A stretch of 64,000 nucleotides of DNA from Hormiphora californensis (Eukaryota; Animalia; Ctenophora): the NCBI GenBank assembly GCA_020137815.1, contig CM035361.1, positions 2,728,001-2,792,000 of the forward strand. The letters run 5' to 3'. How positions within the stretch are numbered: the first letter of the stretch is position 1; each line of letters begins with the position of its first letter. Made by a program: the position numbers and the translations under genes. The notes below the pieces were generated by a model. It saw only the letters and a program-made list of their open reading frames with translations, had not been told where the DNA came from and did no database searches. Of the stretch, positions 1 through 11,700 are shown piece by piece.

Positions 1-119
1 TGATCCAGCTACATTTTGAATATAGTTTTCTCACTATAATAGACATAGCAAAAAGACTGTATTCAAAATCAGTATACATAATACACGGTCCTGTACTCCT
101 GTGAGCGCATTCTGTATTC

Positions 120-169
120 AAGAATCATTGATTCTTAGAATCATTGATTCTTAGAATCATTGATTCTTA
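120..169. repeat. 3x 16-bp self-complementary tandem repeat (AGAATCATTGATTCTT)
   Basis: Direct inspection of the sequence. Confidence 0.85.
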
Positions 170-984
170 GAACGGTCTTGAAGAATCAAGATTCGCTCCT
201 TCTGGCTCTCATTTCTTTTCAGTCGTGTATTTCAATAACTGCAAAGAGTGAACACTGAACACCTGTGACAAGTCATGAGTACATGACGAAAAGAAAGAGA
301 GAGATCAGAAAGAGAGAGAGAGATAGATGGAAGGACACAGAGAAAAGGAAGGTGAGCGAATTCTGATTACTTGTGGATCAATGATCTTTGAAGAAATAGA
401 CTGGCTAAAAGTTGGGTGTAGCTATAATTATACACTTGAATATTGTTGATACAACTCAACAACTTGAAATACATGCTTGAAATACATGTCTCGTGTTACA
501 ACATTTACTAACAATCGGAGTAACCAATCGTGTTACTATTATAATTATAGCAATGAATTTGTTTCCAGAACCATTTTGAAGATCCACATTAAATGTTGTT
601 TAATTCGTCCATGCTTTGATCGCTGTCAATTGTGATGAGACGTGTGAATCGTTCTTGAAGCAACTTTGAATCAAGGCTCAATTTTTAATTGACAATTCCG
701 GTACAGAAAAAGAAATGCCGAGAGAGATAGATATGAGATAGAGCGAGAGAGTGATTAGAAAGACAAAAGAGATACCATTCTTATCTTGTCAGTAATTCAT
801 GTTTAGCAAAAATTGTCAACACTTTGTTTTCTTATCAATTCTATTTTTACTAAAGTGTGTCTGTCGCTTTGCTGCCAAACTTGTTATGTTCTAGTCTAAC
901 CCTTGGAACGGGTTGCCTGGCTAGACTGGGTTAGAACACAACAAGAAACGGGTTCTAGCTAGGCAATGCCAAACATATTCCTGT

Positions 985-1668
985 CTATATATAGTACATA
1001 ACGTTCTGCACGCAGTGCAAGCGCGCCATATACGCTCTGCACTGCAGAGCGTATATGGAGGTGAAATGCACGACAGCGCAGCTGGAGTGCATTTCACACC
1101 TATATTGCACGAGTGTAACGAGTGCGATATAGGAACGCTTGCACATGCCGTGCAGGACGTTATTGAGTATATATTCCGCGAGAAAGCACATGACAAGCAA
1201 AACAATCATAATTTTGGGTGATTACACACAGAGAGATGTGACAAAACAAGGTACAAACTAAGCAAAACTACACAAAAATACACTTCTACACCTGTTACAC
1301 ACAAGGGAACTCGTTCTGTTAGTTTTAATTAGTGAATAGAAGAGAGGGATAAAGAGAGAGATACGAGAGAGGGAGATTGGAATTCTTGGAAATAGTGAAC
1401 AACAAAACATGATAAGGGGATAATTAGTGAGAGAAAGAGGGAGAGTGAGTGTAATTTGACAGACTTTGTGTCGCTTGGCACTAACTGTGTCAGTCATATT
1501 CTGTGTGTTTGTGTGTGAATAAGGTGTAAAAACACTGAGGGGACACTGTTCTTACTTATATCCCGCTACCCCTATATCTGCACGCTCCCGCGGAAGCAGA
1601 GTGCATATTTCAGCGTGCAAATGGTCGCGCACAGCGGGAGTGATATGTGCACTCGCGGTATATATATG
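985..1668. mobile_element. Possible non-autonomous DNA element remnant (Crypton-like?) with internal hairpins
   Basis: Perfect 16-bp stem CCATATACGCTCTGCA-c-TGCAGAGCGTATATGG (~1027-1058), a second stem GTGAAATGCAC..GTGCATTTCAC, and GC-rich ends in an AT-rich context; the class assignment is a guess. Confidence 0.3.
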
Positions 1669-2574
1669 ATGATCTTTAGTGAAGTACCATAATGAACCCA
1701 GTTATAACTGTGAGATAAGCATGGTCACTTGTTATAAATGCACTCTTCATGTGTTTACAATCTATATCATTGCTACTTTACATCACCCCCCCCCTCCAAG
1801 CTTGGAGTAATCCCACTAACAAGCAAACCGGTTTCCATGGGAATTCACGATAATGTATAAAGCACTTATTTCTCCATTCAATCATTGCATAAAATTAGAA
1901 TTCCCTCTGCAGCAGCCATCAGCTTCCTTAATTTTTACTCTCTAATTGCATTTCAATCTTCGGAATTTATAAAGGTAGATTTCCTCCTTTTCCTTTTTAA
2001 ATTAGTCCGACTAAGTTGACGGTATAGCGATTTTCGTTTATCTTTGCATCTTTCTCTCGCTCTCCATCACTTCCTCCCTATTATTTTGTTTCAAGATGTA
2101 GAGAACAATATTCCTAGTCATTTCCGGTGTGATATTTTTGCCGTGTCTTGCTCACGTGCAAATTTAATTGTGCCCAATATGTATCTCAATTATAGATCTT
2201 TACGAGCGCAGCTCTCTGCACTCTCGCTCTAAAGGCAATTGTCAAAGAGAGAGAGAGATGAGAGATGGGATGAGGAGAGGGCGAACGGAGAGAGAGAGGA
2301 GGGCCAGATAGAGAGAGTAGAGAGCGGAGCGAGGGCGCGCGGCAACCGAGGAAGATGAGTAGAGAGAGAGAGCAGAGAGAGAGAAGTGAGAGAGACTCAA
2401 TACAGCAAAGAGAGAAGCTAGTAGATCGGGCTATAGGACGGCTTAGAGAGAGGCGATCTTAGCGGCGCTACTCTCAGTATCTCTGCGAGGACTCATGGTC
2501 ATCAAAGCTCAGGTAGCCATAGAGGCTAATGAGCTCGTTCGAATCTTCTCTCTATCTGCTATCTCGTCGGCTTC

Positions 2575-2586
2575 GTTCTCTCTATA

Positions 2587-2676
<90 letters not shown>
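2575..2676. repeat. (CT)n microsatellite; similar (CT)/(GA) tracts at ~3820-3890, 4263-4340, 6545-6580, 35370-35440, 47712-47771, 56190-56293, 57590-57740, 61197-61312
   Basis: Direct inspection. Confidence 0.95.
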
Positions 2677-2679
<3 letters not shown>

Positions 2680-2886
2680 TCATGCTACTTGAATATTTAT
2701 AAAACCTCGAATAATAGTTGTATTCGATAGCTCAATCAATATAACCGATGAATTGGGTCGAGTTGGTTTTTTTAATTAAATCATCAATTTCTTTGCTTTG
2801 ATATTTTCTGTGGAAAATGATCAAAACGTCATTTATTTGATCAGTTTGATTTACCATCCACAATCATACGCTTCTCTTCATGTTAA

Positions 2887-3561
2887 AGTAAGAGTGCCAT
2901 GGCGCGCCGTGTTTTCTCACAAAACGTAGTAGATGAACGGGGAGTACCACCAGGACCATTGGTACGGTATCGAAAATTTCCAATTTTGTCTCGTTCATTA
3001 GTTATGACTTAATATGTTCATTATTTCAACTTTCATAAAATTGCTCTACAGAAAAATCTGTGCATTGTGGATTGAAATGGATGCTCGCATCGTGTTCAGC
3101 GTCAAAAAATAGTCGGGGTACCAAATTTTGGTGTCTCTACCTTGTCTGTGACGCGAGATATCGACAATTATCAAAAACGACCAAAATGGGTGAGAGAGAG
3201 ATTTTTACTTTTGGGTGCTAGTTGTTTGTGCGCGCCACCCAAAAGTAACAAACTCTCTTTCTCCCACTTTGGTCGTTTTTTATATTTGTCAATATCTCGC
3301 GTCACAGACAAGGTAGAGACACCAAAATTTGGTACCCCGCCTATTTTTTGACGCTGAACACGATGCAAGCATCCATTTCAATCCACAATGCACAGATTTT
3401 TCTGTAGAGCAATTTTATGAAAGTTGAAATAATGAACATATTACGTCATAACTAATGAAAGAGACAGAATTGGAAATTTTCGATACCATACCAATGGTCC
3501 TGGTGGTACTCCCCGTTCATCCACTAAGTTTTGTGAGAAAACACGGCGCGCCACTCTTACT
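2887..3561. mobile_element. Kolobok-type foldback MITE
   Basis: ~330-bp inverted arms, termini AGTAAGAGTG...CACTCTTACT, TTAA duplicated at 2883-2886 and 3562-3565; AG..CT termini with a TTAA TSD fit Kolobok. Confidence 0.85.
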
Positions 3562-3832
3562 TTAAGGTATAATACCCGCAACCCGAAGAGGCGATTGGGG
3601 GTATGGCAAAATGCCAAATATAAGATATCAAAGTTCTGAAAGTTACTGTTCCGCTGATGGCCTACTATTGTGAGGGTTCGGTAGATCAATGATGGGCCAT
3701 CATTGATAGCCTACTGATGAAGCTATTATTTTATGAAATTCTATGACACAATGTGTACGAGATGTTTCGATTGGGAGATCCCATGTGGTGTGTAGAGAGA
3801 TAGAAAGATAGAATTAGAAGAGAGAGAGGGAG

Positions 3833-3875
<43 letters not shown>

Positions 3876-4258
3876 GAGAGAGAGAGAGAACGATAGTTTG
3901 ATGATAGTACTGTCTAGCAAAGAGTCTGCTGCAGTACTACAGATCCACCAGTTTGTGTGTCAGGTGCTGTTATAAGTGTTTCCCACGGTTGTATTTCCAC
4001 AGCTGATGAAAATGACCAAAATGAACATATACATTCATTTAAAAGCTTCTGATTGCTGAATTTTAGTAATGCTAAATCATTGTTATGTACATCATTGTTA
4101 CATTATAGTTACATTAGTGAACTCCCGTTGTAGATGTCTCCGATTGCCTTGACACTTGACCTATTTGATCGTTCATTATTCGCCCATCTCTCTCTCCTCC
4201 ACTCTCTGTCGGTGGCACGACACTAACTTTGTGCTTACTGTGACATACACAATCTTTC

Positions 4259-4343
<85 letters not shown>

Positions 4344-5394
4344 TTTGTCAGTTGTGTTTATTTCCGCGTCTCAAAAATTATAATAGGTCAACACAAAGCT
4401 TACATCCGGTTAGTTGTAGTTCTTAATCCGCTCCTCTAAAAAAGTTCGGCCTCTAAAGAAAGAGAGCTCATGTCTTTTGGCCTAAAATTTATCATAATAT
4501 TAAATTCTAGACGCAGCAGGCTGGTTTCTCTCTGTGTACTACTTCGTACTATCCTCCTTCCTGTTGCCTTAATCACACTGACAGTTTAGTGTTCTAGATC
4601 ACAATATTCATAACAATTTTTTTACGTGGAAGGAAATAATTTTTTCAATATTGTATATGCGTTTGAATAATTATTCCCGGTTCCAGTTTGATTTTATAGT
4701 TCGTATATGGTTTGATGGTTCATTTATTTTCATTTCAGTTCTCTTATTTTGCTGCAGTTCTCTTAATTCCAGTTCCCTCTCTTTTTTCTCTCTCCCATAG
4801 GTAATTAATGAGAAATTTTGGGCTTAATTAAAATCAGCCTGTGATTTCGTATAAAAATCAGCCCTATTTTGAAGCCTAATTCTTTGTTAAGTTAGTACTG
4901 GGCGAAATTTGATTTAAAGATGGCTTGTTTTTCAACTTGTCTGATGAAGCAATTTTGAATTTGTTAATTTTATTCTATGGTTACATCAACATTATTGCTG
5001 TTTAACATCCTAACTGTATTTCTATAGCCTAGGAAGTCACGAGGTGAAATTCATGATTCCCCACGTGATCAAACAACTTTATAATACGGGTAAGTTATAT
5101 ATCTTGAACTGTATTGTATAGTTTTTAACAGAGCTGTCAGGCATCTCGCTGACAGTAGTTACAAAGCTGGCAGCTCCCAACTCACTTAGACCGAATTTAG
5201 TTGTTGAATATGTATTCGACCCTTCTATAACTCACGCCTTGCTTTAGTAACGTCATGGGTGTCACCCTGTACCTTGGATGAATGTTTGAAACATTCGAGT
5301 TTTTATTGTTTTTCATTCAAGTTTTCATTGTTTACCCAATAATGAAAAACTCTTTTCTACCTCCAGCTGCATAAAATGTCGAACTACCCTCCCC

Positions 5395-5665
5395 TCCCCT
5401 CCAGGAATGTCTCTAAACAACCCCTCTCCCCCAGGAATGTCTCTAAACAACCCCTCTCCCTCCCCTCTGTCTCTAAACAACCCTTCTCCCTCCCCTCTGT
5501 CTCTAAACAACCCTTCTCCCTCCAGGAATGTCTCTAAACAACCCTTCTCCCTCCAGGAATGTCTCTAAACAACCCCTCTCCCTCCAGGAATGTCACTAAA
5601 CAACCCCTCTCCCTCCAGGAATGTCACTGAATAACCCCTCTCCCTCCAGGAATGTCACTGAATAA
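5395..5665 (+). repeat. ~9x 30-31-bp minisatellite containing the acceptor and first codons (MSLNN) of the downstream GPCR
   Basis: Unit CCCTCTCCCTCCAG|GAATGTCTCTAAACAAC; the last unit continues into the real exon. Confidence 0.9.
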
Positions 5666-6541
5666 CACAACGGTATGGGAGTACTTGAGGGAGTCCCTGG
5701 ATGATCCCAGCATTAGAACTCGACCCGAACAAATCTTGCTGTCAATAGTGTTCTCTATCTATACCTTCACAGGGCTTACCGGTTAGTAGCTTTTTAATTT
5801 TTGATATACCTCCCCTTCCCCCAAGAATGCTTTCTGGCGAAGATCCCGTTTTTGAATTCTCAAAACCTAATATCTGAGTTCGTGCCAGTAGTCAGTGCAC
5901 TCATATCGGGTCTGCAGCGCCAGATAGCCTGCAAAACACTCATGGGTGTATCCTAACAGTGCTGCTTGTAGTGGGAATACGGTGTCTGAATAATAGTACG
6001 GTATCTGACCATTATCTCCCTCTCCCAGGAAATGCGCTAGTATTGTTTTCCATAGTCAAGATCCGAAGTTGGAGTGGGCTGGAGTCTGCCATGATGTGTT
6101 TTCTAAGTAACCTCGCATTTAGTGACTTCCTCCTATGTCTAATCACATTTCCTGCTACATCCATATCCGCTGCGTCTAACAGGTAAATTATTATATGATT
6201 AGATGACTGGTTAAAATGGTCTATTACTATTTAGTGCACGAGGCCGAAGGCCGAGTGTTCTAAATACAACAATAATGAACCGAGACCGACAGGTCGAGGT
6301 AGATCCTTTTACTTAGCTGCCGAGCCTGCGAGGCACGCTAAGTGTAACTACTGAGCGAGCCTGCGAGCTCTGTAGTTGTACTTTTGGGCCGAGCCTGCGA
6401 GGCCTAAAAGTGAAAGAATCTTTAACATTATTGTTGTGTAATAGAGCATGTAAAAGCAGTCATCTAATTTTATTAGATGATTTTGGAAACAAACTGAGTG
6501 AACGAGATAAAGATTGAGTGAGAGAGAGAGAAAGAAAATGA

Positions 6542-6582
<41 letters not shown>

Positions 6583-8709
6583 AGAATGTGTGTGTGTGAG
6601 AGAGAGAGAGATAGGGAAAGAGAGAATCGAAGGCAGAGAGGGAAAGCAGATGCAGGACGCTCATTGGGGTGGTGCCATCACGTGACGATCACGTGACCTA
6701 TAGTTGCAGAGGGGAAGAAAAGATAAGGGTTAGGGCGTGTGCAGTAGTGACGTACGTAATGTTTACACTGTGTGTGTGACTAGAAAGTGTCTAATTTTTC
6801 ACATACCACTGCAACGGTATTTTACTTTATAATTACTAGTGTTTTGCAGTGGTCTAAGTTTTCACAGTGCACTGTAACCGGTGGTCTAAGTGGTTAGACC
6901 ACCGGAAACGGTGCACTGTGAAAACTTAGATTACCGGTCAAAATTGTCTAATATTTATTGATTCTGTGCATCCTTTGTCTTGACATTTAAGGGAATAGCC
7001 GTCACCTCAAATCTCAGGCCTCAGTGGAAAATAGCCGTGGCCTGAACCTGAGATGATTCAGGCACGACTGTTTCGCGAATTCGAGCTCAGACATAAGGGA
7101 AACAGTGTTTCCCCTATGTCTGAGCTCTGGAGTCTCTGATCCTTAATATATTTCACATATATTTACAGGTGGCCGTTGGGTGAGGTTATGTGTTGGATTG
7201 TAGGTTTTGCTACATCCTACCTCCGTATTGTTAGCATTTTACTTATGATGTGGATTGGTGTACATCGGGCACTAGTAATCAAGTTTCCTCTTCGGTAGGT
7301 AGTTAATGTAATTTAATTATTCATTAATTAGATTAATTAGTAAATACATAATAACATAATTAATTAGTTAATTTAATTTAATTAGTTAATTACTGATTGG
7401 AACAAGTGGATTATGACATCATACAACTAGCTTTCTTTGTCAATTAGTTTTATCACCTTCAACAAATCACTATTTTAGATTAATAATAATTATTAATCAG
7501 TTAATTAATTAATTATTGATAATACCCCTGATGTTTTCAGCAAAAAGATAAATGGTACAGTTGCTAGGTTAGTCTCAGCGACAGTTTGGGTATTCGCTAC
7601 CGTTCCTCAACTCACGTGCTTTGCAGGTTCGTATACAGTTACTAAAACAATCGAACTAGATTCGATTAATTATTTCTTGTTTGCTGGCTTGTTAGTTTCC
7701 TAAACATCCTTAAAACATATTTTATGCACAACAATTGTTTCAGTAAACGTGGGACTTTTCACCCAAATGTGACCCCCTCCTATGACTATTGATAAATGAT
7801 GTGTGACTCCGAGACCATTCTAATGTAACCCCCCTCCCCCTCACTCCTAGGTGTTTCGCCCATGCACTATGACCCTGAAAGGGCTGTATGTATCGCATCG
7901 CTGGTTTCGGAAAATATGATCTCTGTGGTCATCTATGCCACCCTGTATCTACTAGTTCCTATGGGAGTTATTATAGGTAATTAACTTATTGACTAATTGT
8001 ACAGGGGCTACTTAAACTAATTACCCACTGGAAAATAACTTTCCCTTTAATTGGTGAAAATGTTTGGGAATTTATTGTTTGATGTTAGTAATAAACGCTA
8101 ATTTTAAGGCAATTTTAGACTTGCTACAAGAAATCTGCATTGGGATATAATACCAGTCACAATACTATTAATTATATAATTTATTAATGTCCATACTATC
8201 TAATTAATTAACTTCCAAGTTATTTAATTAATCAACTTCTTCTTCCATAGGTGTCTACACCATGCTTCTCTACATAGCAATAAATGCTGTTAAACGCACT
8301 AAGACTCTCACCGAACTCAAGATAGGTAAGATTTCATGTTTACGGATACTGAATCAGTATCCGTAAACAGCTTATTACTGATAGCGGGGGTGATTGTTAT
8401 AATGTTACAGAGGGTATAAATAGTTATTGAGGGAATATTTGGTGGCTAAATGTAGTTCCTCATGGGGAGTGTCAGGATTTTTTTTACAGAAATAAAAATT
8501 TTTCGAGAGTTTAGTTTGAGTTTTTCATCAACGCGTCTGCACAAGATTGCACAAGAGTGGGAGTTTTTCATTTTTTATTACAGAACAAGCTGATTATTCC
8601 AGACCCAACTTCCCGCGACGCTACTTTTAGGGATCTGAAGAAACTGATGGCTGTGCTGATCATTGATCCTTCAGCACATTTTCATCCGTACTCACTCTTG
8701 GCAGCATAA
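5652..8709 (+). CDS. Class A (rhodopsin-like) GPCR, multi-exon, apparently truncated at TM6
   Basis: Phase-consistent exons 5652-5781, 6029-6182, 7169-7294, 7541-7626, 7851-7976, 8251-8325, plus putative 8603-8709. Translation MSLNNTTVWEY..TGLTGNALVL..SNLAFSDFLLCLITFP..WPLGEVMC..GVHRALVIKFPL..VWVF..P..C..LLVPMGVIIGVYTML covers TM1 GN, TM2 LAxxD, ECL1 WPxG..C, a DRY-position HRA, TM4 W and TM5 P..Y. No CWxP or NPxxY exon found. Confidence 0.85.
6199..6952. mobile_element. Intronic repeat element with TTAGATGACTG..CAGTCATCTAA ends and GAGCCTGCGAG / CCGAAGGCCGAG subrepeats (class uncertain)
   Basis: Short inverted termini at ~6199 and ~6467, internal repeats, and an adjacent hairpin at ~6855-6930. 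Confidence 0.4.
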
Positions 8710-11700
8710 TCGTTGGTGGTGACTGTGCCTCATCCTCACTGAGCTGCCCTCTCACTTCAACCCACCCGTCTTCGTCATCTGTATCTTCTTTTTCATCGTC
8801 TCTATCTTCTTTTTTATCGTCTCTATCTTCTTTTTCATCTTCTTTTTCAGCATCCTCATTTTTAAACATCATCCCTCCTAACGCAGCTGTTTGGTCTTCT
8901 GCAATGCCATCTTCCGGCTCATCTTCGCTTTTCACTGAGCTAGTGATCAAGTCGTCTTCGTCTTCTAGACTCATATCTTCTTCTGGATTCCTCTCTTCTT
9001 GATTCGTATCCTCCTCCCTGCTGACATCTTCCTCCCTGCTAACGTCCTCCTCTCTTATCTCGAATGGTACTCGGTTAGGATTGTAGCTCTCCCCCGTCCT
9101 TGTGTCCAGCATTACCAACCTAAAAGGGAGAGAGGGTATACTAATTTTTAATTGATACAAGGGAAGTTTGTATATCAGAAACCTAGAAAGCTATTTAAGG
9201 ACTAAGGTGCTATAGTATAAAATATATTTCGTGCACCTGTTATACAGAGTCTAGCTAAGCAATGGCACCACCCTAGGCAGTATCAGCTAGTACCTTCTAA
9301 CAGAGGGATGATTTCTGACCCTGTTCCGAGCGGCAACTATCGTTGCCCTGATAGCTGAATCCGTGGTTGTCATGGCAACACGAGGTGGTGGAGGAGGGTT
9401 CTCCGATGTGACACGGTGGTGGTGTTGGTAAACTCGAGATCCTGGTAATCCGTCTACTGAAATTGAGAATATAGTTTTACACTTTTACAAAACGGAGTTA
9501 TTTGCGTTAGTATGATACAATATCATTCTGGTTAGATGCCTACTTTTCTGAGCTCTCCTAAACCGCTCGTTTATTCAAACAGGGTCTAAGATGCTTTCAC
9601 TCACCCCCTCCCCCAACTGGACCCCAACTGGTATGACACTAACCCTGAAGTCCCAATATGTCGTGTTCGTGGTATGGGGGTGGTTCCATCTCCACAGTCT
9701 GCAGCAAGGGCGATGGAATGAGGTCTTCAGGGCTCTGGAGTGGTCGAATTTTGGGGAACATCTTGGCTCGTCTCTTGTAGTGAACCTGAACATGCTCTCA
9801 CTTTAGTAATTGTAACGATCTCACTTTCGCTCTTTCCGTTTCTCCCTAGTTAAAGTAACGATCTCACTTTCGCTCTCTGTCTCTGTCTCTCCCTTTAGTT
9901 AAAGTAACGATCTCACTTTAACTCACCCTTGGAAGGCCCTCGGCAGCCATTAGAGATGTGTTAGTGTTTTCTCGGGACAAGGTTGGAGCTGGCGAGGAAA
10001 ACAAGTGCCGAGCACTGCCGTGTGAATCCACCGACCTGAAATAATCTAGATTTTGAAATGTTTCATGAAGGAGCACCATGCCGTGTGAATCCACCGACCT
10101 GATTGGTTAACGATAAATTTGGTTCAGCATGATCTGTAATAGACGATCAATGTAAAACTGGGGTAGTGTTATAGACTCTGTAGAGTTGAAGAAAAACTAC
10201 CAACTTAAGATTCAAACTTTCATCAACTACAACGTAAAACTATTTATTGAGGATGACAGTGAACTGTATAAGTAGAGTTCTGTAAATACACAATTGGGGT
10301 AACAAGTCCCACGTCACAAAATGAAACGAGGCGAGTTAGTCAAAACGAGGAGCCAACTTATAGTCCACATTTAGTTTATCATACCTCAGGATCGAAACCT
10401 CAAGATACACCCAGTCAAACCAACCCAAACACTGTAGATTTTGCTGTGACGACCTGAATCGACGGCTACTTGACAACCTCCCCTTCCCTGAAACGATACT
10501 CGAAAGCGAGGAACATGTCATCACCACTTGTCCAGCATACCACCATATACGAGTCACCCTCCCTGAATCACTAAGATCCGCCATCGCAGAAAAGGATTTC
10601 CCCACAGTATTCTCTGAATACCACTGCAGCTATCTTAACCGGTTCCTCAAGAGCTGCAAACTGCTTAGAGACTCATGGGTATCAAATCAATCGTGCAATA
10701 CATGAACTATGAACTTCTGTTTGAGGGTGTGTGTGTGTGGGTCTTGACCGTACATATGCCCACCCCCATCGGGGGCCGGTTACGTGCATGCTCGCAAATC
10801 CCCGGGTTTCGCGTTGTGTGTACGATGCTTGCTCGGTGATCATATGTACGATCTATTTTTTTTTGGTCTCTTCTTATTTGGACACAGATGGCTACAGTCG
10901 CATATTTCGGCTACATTTTCTGTTTTTTGTTTCTAATTCTAATTCTACCGTGCTATGGATGTGGTAGTTGGTAACTGTTGCTGTTGAACGTAGTAACTTT
11001 CATTAAACAAACCCCGGGATACTCTGAAAAGAATTATTGTAGTGAAAAGATAAATCAAGCATTAGCTCTCAAGAGAGTTCCTTGATGAACGATCGCGAGC
11101 TGAATCCTTATTCACGAAGTTGAATGATCCGTTGATGTTTGTTATTTTCTAAATAAAAAGAAGGGCGGAGCTCGCGAAAAGGGGGTCGAGCAGTTGGCAA
11201 GTTGATGTATAACTATACCAATTACTTGGTGACATAGACACCTGGCGCCTATGTCACTGCAAACCAATTACCTTTCTTGAGTTGATCGGTTCATGAACCA
11301 AATCAGCCAGCAGACAAAGATGACAGTCACGAAGAAGAACGTTCCTGGAAGACGCAAGAAAATGCTTTGAGATAAATAAAAGGGGAAGTACTGTTAATGT
11401 ACCACTGCATACTAAACTGAACCTCATTCAATCCTGAACAAATCTCATTAATTATACACTGTGATTGCTTTGGAACCAAAGTGTGTTATCAAAGTGTAAC
11501 AGAAGTTTGACTATCATGGCCTATCAAATGGGTCATATCTTCATGTTAATACCTAGTAATGCGGCTAGAGTCATATCTGAAGCAGGCATAGTGGCCCTCT
11601 GTCCCTGACCTCCTCCCCCTCCCGCACAGTTAGTAATGTTGGAATAACAGATCCTGTAGATTACAATATGGGCTGGTTAGGAAAACGTGAGGAACACCGC

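Noticed and set aside
10336-10605. Minus-strand 89-aa ORF as an M8-gene exon
   Set aside because: It is the antisense of a LINE ORF2 fragment; the flanking exons join in phase without it.
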